DNA from: Zancudomyces culisetae HAW-14-8
Lineage: Eukaryota > Fungi > Kickxellomycota
Direction: 5' to 3'
Assembly: GCA_052426225.1 (NCBI GenBank)
Contig: JBNJNM010000013.1
Location: 310,001-374,000, forward strand
Length of the DNA stretch: 64,000 bases
Part shown: positions 20,801 through 32,820 of the stretch, piece after piece
How positions within the stretch are numbered: the first letter of the stretch is position 1
Layout: each line of letters starts with the position of its first letter
Position numbers and translations under genes: made by a program
The notes under the pieces: model-generated
Database searches by the model: none
Seen by the model: only the letters and a program-made list of their open reading frames with translations
Told to the model about the DNA's origin: nothing

Positions 20801-21414
20801 TAATCCCTCGTACTCAAGTTTTAAATCCTGCCTCCTCTGATAGATCCAAACGACTATCTGATATCCACCAAGAACTGAAGTTTAACATCTCCCTTGCCCT
20901 TGAAGACCATGAGAAATACTACAACCGAAAAGTATCATCACAACCTGACTTCAACATTGGTGATCTTGTCTATCTATCAACTAAAAACATCAGGACTCAA
21001 AGACCAAGCAAGAAGCTTGACTATCGGAAACTTGGTCCATTCAAAGTATTGGAAAAGATTGGACAAAGATCATACAAACTTCAGCTACCACACACAATGA
21101 AGATTCACCCAGTATTCCACGTCAATCTCCTTGAACCTTGTAAACCAGATCTGATCCCAGACAGACTATCAAAACCGCTTCCACCTGTGATCATTGACGG
21201 TCAAGAAGAATATGAAGTTGAGAAAATCCTAGATAGTAAAATATTTGGTAGAACTGTCAAATACCTGGTACACTGGAAAGGATACCCAGACACTGAACGT
21301 ACCTGGCAAACATATTCTGACTTAGCAAATGCAAAATATCTTGTCACTGAATTCCATCGTCACCATCCTGAAAAACCAAAGCCACCACAAATGCTTCACG
21401 GAGCTCAGCCTTAA
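17797..21414 (+). pseudogene. Pol of chromovirus D (PR-RT-RH-IN-chromodomain) with in-frame TGA at 19234-19236
   Basis: MVDSGA, YIDD, ETDAS, chromodomain YEVEKIL..YLVHWKGY; TGA replaces the Trp seen in EWLPP of element B; -1 frame relative to gag. Confidence 0.9.
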
Positions 21415-24400
21415 GAGGGGAGGTCGTGTCATGAACTGATTCTAGAATGTTCGAAAACGTTCTAGAATCATCTGATTTTACACCGCAGTAATGTTTAGAA
21501 TGTTCCCCAACATTCTAGAACATTACCGAAAATTCACATTATTTCTTAATTTTTATTACGTAATAATTTTCACATGTTTAATTTTAATAGCATTCGAGTT
21601 TGATTTTTGTTTGATTAATAATCAAACACGTTTTTCTTTACATTTCATTTTTAGCTATTCCGCAGTTTTCATAGTGATTTTGTTCAAAAACCAAGGCTGG
21701 AAAAAAGTATAAAAAGGGTACAATTTTCCTGTCTTGGATTCAGTATCTAGTATCTTGTATACATTCATACAATAAACTTTAATAATAATAAATATAACTC
21801 TCCTGACTCCAGATCTTGACACAGTGCGTATCGTGAAGTGTTTTCCCCAGAGATAATACTTTAGCTTTTGGATAGACCAGATTACCGCTAGACCCTCCAG
21901 ATGTGAAATTGAGTAATTACGTTCGTGCTTATTAGTGATTCTACTTATAAAACATACCGGTCTCTCTCCATCATCAAATTTTTGCGAAAGTATACCCCCG
22001 ATTCCAATCACGGAAGCGTCAGTTGTTACAATGAACTCACGCTCCCAATCTGGATGAGCTAACGTTGGTGCTTTTGACATCTTTTCTTTTATTGCTTCCA
22101 TTGCCTGCTCACATGTTTTATCCCAATTCCACGGCTGTCCTTTTTTCAGTAGCTTTAACAGCGGTGCGATAGTCGTAGCATAATTTTCCACGTATTTCCT
22201 ATAAAAGCCTATCAAACCTAAAAATGATTGAAGCTCTTTAACTGATGTAGGTGCTCTTGCTTTCTTAATGGATTCAACTTTTTTCATGCTTGTTCTCACG
22301 CCGTTCGTAGTTATCACATGGCCGAGGTATTCCAATTCTTTCATTCCTAAGAAACATTTTGCTTCATGCAACTGTACCTTTCCTCCTCGTAGTAAATTAA
22401 ATACCTCCTTTAGATGCACTAAATGCTCCTCTACCGTTTTCGAGTAAACAATTATGTCATCGACAAATACTATCGCTGTCTTCCACAGAACAGGTGCAAG
22501 AATCTTCTCCATTAGCCGCTGAAAAGAGGCAGGACTGTTCGTTAAGCCGAACGGCATAACATTGTAACAAAAACTGCCAGTACCGGGTATAGAAAATGCT
22601 GTTTTATCTCGATCCTCTTTGGCCATACGGATTTGCCAAAATCCGCTTAAGGCATCAAGAGATGAGTATATCTTTGCTCCCGCGACAGCCATAAAAATAT
22701 CCTCAATAGTTGGCAGTGGGTAGGTGTCTTTCTTAGTCTGTTCGTTAAGTTTTCTGTAGTCCGTACATATCCTAAGTTTACCATTCTTTTTCCAAACGGT
22801 GACCACTGGGGAACACCATTCGGACATGCACTTGGATATTACACCGTTATTCTCCATTATCTGTAATTCGTCTCTTACTTTTGTGTATAGGTGATGCGGG
22901 ATCCTATAGGGTTTTAACTTTATAGGGGTATCGTCTTTTAGTATTATTCTGTGTTCCGCTTGATCTGTCTGTGTTAGCTGTTCCAAATCAGATGCGAAGA
23001 TATCCCTATTATCTGCCTTCATAGCTTCGATTCGTGGGTCACTATACTTTAAGCTATCATCAACAGGTGATTGGTTTTCTTTAAGCATTAAAAACAATTC
23101 ACTTTCCTCACATTCCTCGTAGCCTGGCACATCCTGTGTGTGCAGTGGTACTATAAGCATTATCCGTTCCAGCGGTAGTCTAAGCTCTGAATCTTTAATA
23201 TTCAGTTGTGCCTGGTGCCTCATAAGCCAATCCATCCCTAAAATTAGGCTATCATCTTTACGTTGCATTATAGTTAAATTTGTTGTAAACCTATTGTTTC
23301 CTATTCTTAGCGGAATATCCCTCACAGTGCCTAATGAATGATGCCTCATTCCGTCTGCAGTTATGATTACCTGGTCGTTTTCCTCATCCATGATTAGTCC
23401 CCATCCTTCTACCATTCTTGGTGTAGCAACGGAGCACGCAGCTCCTGTATCAACAACTGCCCATATTTCCTTGTTGTAAACTGTCACAATTATTCTGCAG
23501 TTGGTAGTGCGCGGTCTGGCAAACTTCAGCTCGTTGATTTCCTGCTTTTTTGTCTTCTTGCATAAACTTATCATTTCGCTGTTCAACGATGGTGCAACAC
23601 TCATAAGTTGCGGGAAGGATATTGTTGGATTCCATTTAGCAAGTTGATCCACTAATGAGAATGGTTCTATCCCTTCTGCCATTTTTATCTCGGTTTTTAC
23701 TTTAGTTTTTGAAGCTTGCGCTACATTATCCTGTTCTATCTCCTGCTTAAGCTTTTCTTGTTTTAAGTTGTTTTTTGATCTATAACTAACCTTGTTTCTA
23801 GCTGGGTCTGGATCTTCTACTTGCATTGACAGTTCTGCATTTGGTACATACTTGTTGTTAACAACTGTATCTGCACTATCCTGAATTTTCACTGCCTCTT
23901 TTCTTGTGTATGGCGTACTCTGTTTGTTCCCTGGTGCCCTTCGTTGTACAGCTAAGATTTCCATTGGTGAAATATCCTCATGAGCTAGTTCTAAAAAATT
24001 AACATTCTTAGTGTACTTTGACTCTGATTTATTCTCAGCTTCTTTCAGCTTGGGGCATTCGTACTTTTTATGTCCCTCCTTGCGACAGTGAAAGCATGTA
24101 ACAACCCTAGGGTATGTACGTTGGTACCTATTTCTTCTAGATTCAAAAAACTTCTTCTCAACCGCCTCGTCTACTTTGCTTAGTAAATTTAAACTCAACT
24201 GTTCCATTCTTTCTAGTATCTCCTTATATTCTCCTGAACCACTGTTTACTTTTTTACTCGGACTAGCTTGTTTCCCTTCTTTTTCTACATCCTTTTCCCT
24301 GTCTGCTATCCATTTAACAACTGCATCCCATGTTTGTAAATTATTATCCCTAACTTTGATCTTGATATCACTGCTCAATGAACTCACGAGCCAGTTATAT

Positions 24401-27400
24401 TTTGCATTAGTATCCTCAATCCCGGCCTTGCTTAAAGCACTCTCCAAAGCAAATTCTAGTTCTTCTATAGACTCATAGTTTTCTTGTTTAATTTCCTTGA
24501 GTTTGTCGTAACTTACATAGCCTTGCTCTGCAGATGCAAATTTAGATTTAAATTCCACTGTGAAAGTAACCCAGTCACTAAACGTTGCGACATTCTTTTT
24601 ATACCAAACTAGTTCACGCTTGCCTAACTTTAACTGCGCTAAATCAACCCAATCTGCTGCGTCCCACTTATTCAACTTGGCAATCAATCTAAACTGCTTT
24701 AACCACTCTTCTGGGTCAGTGCCCATGGATGATTCAAAACGAGGGATACTTTCCATTTTAGCTGTAAGTCCTTAACCTATCTTGAAAATGTTACTTTTAT
24801 TACCATAGGCATATGTTCTGGCCTAGCTGGGAGCGCCACTGTTATAGAATTTCACAATTCTATGATTATTTAATATTCTTATTGTATTATATGTTTATTA
24901 CTAAGTATATTATTTTTGTATTATTGTTCTTTTTAATACTATATATGTTTAACTTAATATTTTGTTAAGATGTGTTTTTATTTAATTCAAAGTGGGCGGT
25001 TGCTTTAACCCCCAGATAATAATATAATTAATGAGGAAATATAATGTAAATAACTAACTAAACTATTGGACAAAAACCACAGGGGGAAAAAAGGTCCAAT
25101 CTCAAAACTATTAACTAAAAACCTAATGAATAAATAAAGCTAATTATATAAAATCGTATCTTCATACGACATTTTTGTCCAAGATATTATTTTTATATAT
25201 TTAAAATATTCTTTGAAGGGGGGATAATGTCAGAATCGCATTATTTACCCATAAGTTTTAATATTTATTATTAATCATATTTAATTACCTTTGAATCCTA
25301 ACTTGGGAACATTAAGTTTCCCAACTTAAATAAATTAGTTTCCTGACAGGAGACGAGCGTTCCTGAACCAACAACTGACCGAATACCTCTAAATATGAAC
25401 TTTACGTTCAACAGAGGAATTCCAGATGTAGCAATGTTCGATAGCAACACTACTACAAACGTGGAAGAATGGCTCGATAGGTATGAGCTAATGGCTAGGA
25501 TCAACAGCTGGATGGAAAAAGACAAGATTGATTTCTTAGAATTGTTTTTAACGGGGAAAGACCTTCGATGGTACAAGATCAATAAGTCTAAACTAGAAAA
25601 ATGGAAAAAGGTTCGTGAGGAATTCCTGGAAAAGTTTGAAGGTAAAGACAGAGAGGCACGAGCGTGGAATCAACTGCAAAGCCTTAAACAAAGTGACTAC
25701 CTCGACTTTGAAGATTTTGAGACGGAGTTCAGCAAACTGGTCTCAACAGTCGATATTAAAGACGAACGGATCAGACTTAAGTTTTTTGTAGACGCTCTTA
25801 ACCCCAAGTATCAAAGGCAAATTTTAAAAGCCAAAGTTAAGGATGTCAAATCTGCCATAGCAATAATCCAGGCAGAAGAGGATGTCGAGAAAATATTACC
25901 TACTGTCAGGGAAACATCAGAAAAACCAAAAAGCACTAGTAGGAAGGTGATGAAGGTACATAAATCTAATGAGGGACCAGATATGTACGAGGCGTTGATT
26001 AAAAAGTTTGACGAGCTTTCACTTAATCTCCTAGCTAGATTAGAAAAGAGACCAAATTACTCTGAAAAGTCTGCTCCACAATCAAGAAGACCGTTCAAGA
26101 AAGTGGAATGTACATACTGCAAAAGGCCAGGGCATGAGGCCGCAGCGTGCTACAAGAGGCAGAAGGACCAAAAACAAGAAATTAACTGCATAGAGATAGA
26201 AAGAAAAACAGATAGAAACAAAGATACGGAACTCTATGCGGTGGACAAACGGAAGAGAGACGAAAACAATGGCATGGATTTTCAGCCAGCTCATGCAAAA
26301 ATCCGTGTGGCACAAAAAGAACCTAACAAAACGGGGCCAGTAATCAAACCAGCTACCCTAAGAGTTAGGAAGAAAATGGATATTAGACTATCGGAGAACA
26401 TTCAAAAGTTTTCGATAGGTTCAGAGTTGGATAAATTAAAACCAGATATTTCACTTGGTCAACTGTTACAGTCTTCACCCGAAATCAGGAAAGAGTTGGT
26501 CGATCTCTTTAAGAAGATAGAAGCCAAGGAGCTGAACACCATTGTAGAAGATAGGACAACCACCACAAACTGCAAAGCTTACATTGAAGTATTTGGAAAG
26601 CACCAGCTCACAGTTATTGATACAGGTGCAGCATGTTCAGTAATCTCAGAGCAATTTATGGACATGTTAGGTTTAAAAATTGAGCAAAAAGATCACTCAA
26701 TGCTCATAACCGCTGATGGCACCAAGCATGAGACACTGGGAATAATCAGAGATGTTCCATTTGTTATAGCAGGGTTCATCTTCCCAGGAGATTTAGTAGT
26801 TATGGAAGGAGGATTAAACAGGATGGTGTTGGGAGCAGATTGGTTACTGAAACACCAGGCCAACATCGATTTGAGCAACATGGAGCTGCTCTTACCAACG
26901 GTAGAAGGGGACGTTGTAGTTTCACTGATGATAACTGAAACAGATGGTCCAAAACAGACAAACGAGTATGAATACTACTCGATGATCAAGGAAGTCGATA
27001 ACCGCGAACAGAAAGAAAAAGTACCAGAAAATATTGCAGAAGTGCTCAAAGAGTATGCAGAGATATTCGTGGATGACTTGCTAGAACTCCAGCAAACAAA
27101 TGTGTTGGAACACAGTATTGATACTGGAGATTCAAACCCAGTAAGAGTGCGACCATACAGAATAGCTCACCACCTAAGGGAACAGGTGAGGGAAGAACTA
27201 AAAATTATGGAACAAAGAGGGATCATAGAGCCATGTCAATCAGACTGGTGTGCACCGGTAGTTGAAGTCAAAAAAAAAAACGGAAAACTTCGGATCTGTT
27301 CTGACTACCGCAAACTCAACATGATTACCAGAAAAGATCTTTATCCTCTACCCATAATTGACGACATACTGGCAGCATTCGGAGAAGCAGGAGTATTCAG

Positions 27401-30348
27401 TGTAGTCGATGCCATGAGTGGATTCTGGCAGGTACGTATGAACAGCGCGGATAAACACAAGACCGCGTTTGCATTACCAGGTGATGGTATGTATTGCTAT
27501 AATGTAATGCCGTTTGGATTATGCAATAGTCCGGCAACATTCCAAAAGATGATGGAACGAGTACTGGCAAAAGTACTCTGGAAGTTTGCTATTGTGTTTG
27601 TAGATGACATAATCATCTATTCAAAGAACACAGTAGACCACACTCAACATCTTAGAGAAGTGTTTGAGTTATTGAAGCAACACAAGGTGCAACTCCACAA
27701 AGAAAAATGTGAGTTTGCAAAGACCGAAATCAAGTATCTGGGATATACGGTCTCTAAACATGGCATTTCTACCAACAAGGATAAAATAGAGGCCATGGAA
27801 AAAGTAACCGCACCAAGGAACGTCAAAGAGATTCAATCGTTCTTGGGGCTCACAGGTTACTACAGAAAATATATAGAGGGATACGCATTGATAGTAAAGC
27901 CGCTTACAGATCTATTAAAGAAGGACGTACCCTGGACATGGAGCGCAAGTTGTGAAGAGTCGGTTAAAACACTAATTAAAAAACTAACAGAAGCACCGAC
28001 TCTGGCACACCCAAATTGGGAACAGGCATTTATACTCACAACGGATGCATCTGGAATTGGATTGGGGGCAATTCTATCTCAAGTACAAAATGGGGAAGAA
28101 AGACCCATAGCATATGCCAGTAGAACAAACAACAGGCATGAACAGAACTACTCAATCACACACTTGGAAGGATTGGCAGTAGTTTGGGGAGTCAAAAAGT
28201 TTAAGCACTACCTGTGGGGAAAGAGGTTCAAGATTCGAACCGACCATATGGCATTGTTAAAAGTTTTTGATTCTCAAGAGTTAAATGGAAGAGTCGCTAG
28301 ATGGGCCATGTTCCTAAGAGAGTACGACTTTGAATTGGAGCATTGCCGCGGTCCAAATAATCCTACTGATTATTTATCCAGGAACGTAGAGACCGGAGAA
28401 AAAGAAAACAAGATAACAAAGTATGAGGAACTAATGGTAATCGATGTCTTACATCATAAAGCCATTGAGAACTACCTCAGAGATTTCAGCTACCCGCTAC
28501 GAGCTGATGAGGAGTTCAGAGCCAAGCTAAGAAAAAGAGCAAAGCCGTATAAACTAGTAAACGGTAAAGTATGCAAGTACTCTAGGGAATCAGGAATCCG
28601 AGAAGTGTTACACAGCGACAATGCTAAGTTAATGATAAGAGAAATTCATGAAGAAGGACACGAAGGGATTCTAAACACTCTCAATAGAGTGAAAAATAAA
28701 TATGTAGGAAGAGGCTTGCGTAAAATTGTAGAAGAAGTGGTACAAGAATGCGAACGGTGCCAAAAATATGAAGAAGGCGAATTTAGAAGAACGGAAATGC
28801 ATCCGATAATTGCGCCTGCACCATTCCAAATCATGGGTATAGATGTAGTAGGACCCATTAACCCTATATCAAAATTTGGGAATAGATTTATCATCACAGC
28901 GATAGACTATTTTACTAGGTGGCCCATTGCGGTACCAGTAACAAATTTCCAGTCAGAAACCATCGTAGAATTTCTATTAAGTAAGGTAGTACAGGAGTTT
29001 GGAGTACCAACTCAGTTAATTTCAGACAGAGGCAGTTCATTTGTATCAGAAATAACTACGGAGTTATACAAGCAGTTGGGAATAAAACACACACCAACTA
29101 CTGCTTTCAGGCCTCAGACTAACGGACAAGTCGAGAGATTTCATAGAACATTTAAGAATGTCTTAGCAAAAATATGCGTAATGGACAGAGACAACTGGGA
29201 TAGTTATATTTGGAAAGGCCTACTGGTTGTTAGATCAATGAAAAACAGATCTACTGGGTTCAGTCCATCAGAGATGTTATATGGTGTAAAAATGCAAACA
29301 CCATCAACTTGGATGCCGCCGGCTGAGATTGATAACTTAGAGGAAGAGATATTGCAGAGAATGAGAGTCGTGCAGATCAGTATTCCAAAGATGAGAGAAA
29401 AAGTCATGGAAAATAACGCAAAGTCAAAGTCAGTAATGAAGCAGAGATACGACAAAGTGGTAAAGCGTTATAAGTTCAAAGAAGGAGACCTAGTATTAAA
29501 AAGAATAAGTGGACCTGGAGGCAAGTTTGACCCAATCTGGGAAGGTCCTTACGAAATCATCAAGTGTTACACAAAAGGCGTGTATTTGATCAAAGACCCA
29601 GACGGAAACATGGATACAGTGAACGGCGATAGATTAAAGGCCTACAAGTATTCAGAAAGAATGGTCCCCGAAGTAGTTCCAAGTTCTTTAAGAACTAAGA
29701 TCAGAAGATACAGGAATTAATCACGGAGTGAAAGCTGGAGGGGGGACATTGTTGTATGCAAAAGCATCAACTTAAATTTACCGCTTTCATTGCAGCAAAA
29801 TAGCAGAGAAATCAATTTTGAAAAAATTGTTTCCTGCGCAATTCAATTTAGAGTACAAAAATTATGACCATGTCATAAATTTTTGTCAACTTTACAGCCA
29901 ATTTAATAGTACAAATCGATTTATTTTTTAGTCGAATCGATTTTATACTTTATTAGTGGATTTATTTTTAATCAATTTTATTAGTAAATTATTAGTATAA
30001 ATTGAAAAATTTGTAAATCCGACCAAAACCACACTAAAAGTAAAAATAAACATTATAGAGAGGCGTAATACTATTTTTTTAGTGTAAGGAAAGGGCCATT
30101 CTAGCTATATTTTCCAGGTTTTGGGAGGAATTCTTTTAAATAAAATTATTTTTACCAAAAATTGTGGAAATTGTCCAGTTGTGTTCTTTCCGAGGGGGTT
30201 TTATAGATAGTGGTTAACTGGCTAGAAATGGTAAATCCTGTGTCAGTAATAACCACCCTTCTAGGGAACCGTGATTGATATTAGTGGAAGTTTTTTGGGA
30301 AAATCCTATTGGGCTAGTACTAAAAAATGAAAACGAATTCAACAACAC

Positions 30349-31357
30349 TGTTATATAGTGGAATTATAAACGTGTATTTCCTTGTATTTTATTGGTTAAT
30401 TTAATTAGTATTATTTTATGCATTAAATAGTTTAGATTTGAATTAATTAATAAATTGTCTTTTACTCCCACAATAATTATAGTACTAATATATAATAATA
30501 AAAGTCCCGTCCTGTATAATACTGGGTAATTAAATTACTCAGTAGGACGTTAAAAATTAAATATACAACAGTGGTGATCCAGCCAGGACTCCACTCTGTT
30601 GAGAGGAGTCTTATTGGGCCGAATTGGAATTGAGATTGGCCAAGATGAGATTCGAAATTTCGAAATCTCGAAATTCAGATTGCGGAATTCGTGCGATTCG
30701 AGTAGTTCAGAAGTGGACAATAAGATACTAAAGCTTGTATAAATGGACTAGGCAGATGGTTGGAGCTCACAGGCTTCAGGTGATGCAAGATGATTTATGT
30801 GAGGGACGAGATGCAGACAGGGTAATCTGCAGTGTGAAGCATATTGGAACTTGCTAGGGACCGTTGGAAGTGAGTGTGAGTCGTTCATGGGCCATGTATA
30901 GTCTGAATACAGCATAGTAGGAAGTCCAGGAAGCGATTTCGAAATCAACAATTTCGACATTTATGAGTTCGAAATTCGGAATTTCAGTGTGAAGTCACAT
31001 GATAAACTTTGAAGCTTGATAACAACTTAGTTTTAGTTTTATAAGTATTTTATTTACTTAAAATATCATTTTTTAGAGACTAAGTAGTTTTGGTGAGCTT
31101 GGTCGAGGGCGACTCAAGCTTAAAGGGGGGATACTGTTATATAGTGGAATTATATACCTGTATTTCCTTGTATTTTATTGGTTAATTTAATTAGTATTAT
31201 TTTATGCATTAAATAGTCTAGATTTGAATTAATTAATAAATTGTCTTTTTCTCCCTAATTAATTATAGTCCTAATATATAATAATAAAAGTCCCGTCCTG
31301 TATAATACTGGGTAATTATATTACTCAGTAGGACGTTAAACATGTAATTATACAACA
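30349..31357 (+). mobile_element. Non-autonomous TRIM-like LTR element (~1.0 kb)
   Basis: LTRs 30349-30570 and 31135-31357 (about 95% alike by eye); PBS TGGTGATCCAGCCAGGACTC at 30572; PPT AAAGGGGGG 31122-31130; 564-bp internal region with no gag/pol. Confidence 0.88.
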
Positions 31358-31360
31358 ACA

Positions 31361-32048
31361 TGTTGTATGCTTAGTTCTACCCAAGCTAAACTATTGGATG
31401 AACAGCATACAGCTTCTCAAACACCGAATAACCACCGTTATCTCGAGTGTTCGAGCAAGAAATCTGGGATTTCTTGGGTAATAAATTACCCAAATGTTGG
31501 AGAAATATTCAGTTTTAATTGTTTTATTTTAAGTTTCTATTATATAAAGTTCTAATAAAATAGCTAGTCAGGTACTAGTATATTACTAGTAACCTCACCA
31601 CAAGTTTGGTGGTTTTATCTTTTTATTTTTAAAAGTTATTCATTAAATAAAATACAAATTAGCTCTAAAATACTTGATTTTACTCTATAAAATTGAAATT
31701 TGTGATTTGAGCAAAAACCTACCTAAAACCAAAAAAAAACATAGGTAGTGAAGCGTAACACAATTTTCAAAGGGTATCAGAAAGGTATCAGAGTCTAATT
31801 TTTGGACCAAAATTAATCGTTTTGCACACCAAATTTTAGTAGTTGGGCGTAATTTTACCCAGTTTTATCGCATTTATTGAAGTAATAAATACATAAAACT
31901 AAATTAAATATAAGCTAAAAAGGTAGGGTTGACTGGTTAAATAAAGTAAAACTTATTCCAGTAACAATCCCCCTCTATTAGCAAAACTTTTTGTAGGTTT
32001 AGTTTCGGAAATTTCCAAAGAAATTAATTGCAAACTAAAATTACAACA
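31361..32048 (+). repeat. Solo LTR of the element E family
   Basis: 688 bp, collinear with 32821-33509 with scattered differences. Confidence 0.92.
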
Positions 32049-32051
32049 AAC

Positions 32052-32422
32052 TGTCATATAGTACCCTTATTTTCTAATATGTTTATTTTTATTTAGTTGT
32101 TTAGTGAAATTTTTCTAGTTAATTTTGGGTTTAAATTATTTAGTTTTTATTGGATAAAATTACGTAAGTGGTAAACAGTAAAAACTGAATCCATTTAGAA
32201 TTTTATCATAGTATGTTTATATAGGTTTGGTAGGTTTTTGTGATAGTTTTACTATCAGATTTTTTCAGTTTAATTATTAGTAATAAAGGATTCTAACACA
32301 CAATATATCTAATAAGGCTTCTAGGCTTAAAGAGTATTTAGTTATAAGGTAATACTAAGTAATAGAAGATAGTTTATATTGCTACAACATTATAATATAT
32401 AAATAAAGCTATTTATATGACA
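32052..32422. repeat. Solo LTR (371 bp)
   Basis: TGTCATATA..TATATGACA terminal inverted repeat; AAAC on both sides. Confidence 0.85.
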
Positions 32423-32426
32423 AAAC

Positions 32427-32815
32427 TGTCGCATCAAAGATCGACAGATGGGCGTCTCACTCGGGTTATAGCGAGTGAGATGTGATGATTTACCTAGTGC
32501 TTTTCACCTATGAGGTTTTTCACTATGCGTAAATCATCATTTCCCAAATATTAATTAATTTCGGATGGTTTTTATATTATTCATAGTATTTTAATATATT
32601 AGTATATACGAGGAAAATGCATTTAAGCACTGCTTTTTCTCTTCTATGTTTTTAGCATCTTATTTTCGGATTAGTATTTAGTATACACTTTATTATAATA
32701 AAACAATATTAACAAAAGAACTAAGGTCCTACCGCTTACTGGTAGTAAATAAACATAATACTAGTGAAAGCAGTAAAGTCGGATAAGACCGACAAATGGA
32801 AAATAAATTCCGACA
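32427..32815. repeat. Solo LTR (389 bp)
   Basis: TGTCG..CGACA termini; AAAC TSD on both sides. Confidence 0.85.
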
Positions 32816-32820
32816 AAACA

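Larger units (their letters stand above)
16143..21821 (+). mobile_element. Chromoviral Ty3/Gypsy element D (395-bp LTRs)
   Basis: LTRs 16143-16537 and 21427-21821 appear identical; 5-bp TSD CAGTG; PPT AAGAGGGGAGG 21413-21423. Confidence 0.96.
14631..24756 (-). pseudogene. Gag-Pol of element C, split by D within RNase H and with a frameshift near 15767
   Basis: 24756-21822 gag-PR(VDTGA)-RT(FVDD)-RH ending at IRT, resuming DHKSLLQLF below 16143; integrase ORF 14631-15767 is in a shifted frame; stop lies inside the 3' LTR. Confidence 0.9.
14309..25171 (-). mobile_element. Ty3/Gypsy element C (same clade as A and E), interrupted by element D
   Basis: 332-bp LTRs 24840-25171 (5') and 14309-14640 (3'), no differences seen; 4-bp TSD TTTT; PBS TGGCGCTCCCAGCTAG on minus strand from 24838. 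Confidence 0.95.
8885..25348 (+). mobile_element. Chromoviral Ty3/Gypsy element B (121-bp LTRs), interrupted by element C in its 3' non-coding region
   Basis: LTRs 8885-9005 and 25228-25348 (1 mismatch seen); 5-bp TSD GGAGA (8880-8884, 25349-25353); PPT GAAGGGGGGA 25215-25224. Confidence 0.95.
8809..29720 (+). pseudogene. Gag-Pol polyprotein of element A, split by insertion B (join 8809-8884 + 25354-29720)
   Basis: MFSKRAEKLREDTTDDESEEVEVQE joins in frame to TSVPEPTTDRIPLNMNF after removing B and one GGAGA TSD; CCHC, IDTGA protease, FVDD RT, TDAS RNase H and integrase in one frame. Confidence 0.9.
5125..30344 (+). mobile_element. Ty3/Gypsy element A (non-chromoviral), interrupted by nested elements B, C and D
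   Basis: 5' LTR ~5125-5595 (first TG lost, lacks ~125 bp between AATTTA repeats) and 3' LTR 29750-30344; PBS TGGGGGCTCTGCCGG at 5598 (tRNA-Pro type); PPT GGAGGGGGGA before 29750. Confidence 0.9.

Noticed and set aside
16207-21712. Duplicated 73-aa ORF (16207-16428, 21491-21712)
   Set aside because: Incidental ORF within the identical LTRs of element D.
21655-21821. C-terminal extension of the 1033-aa ORF
   Set aside because: Read-through into the inserted LTR of D; the real frame resumes at 16142.
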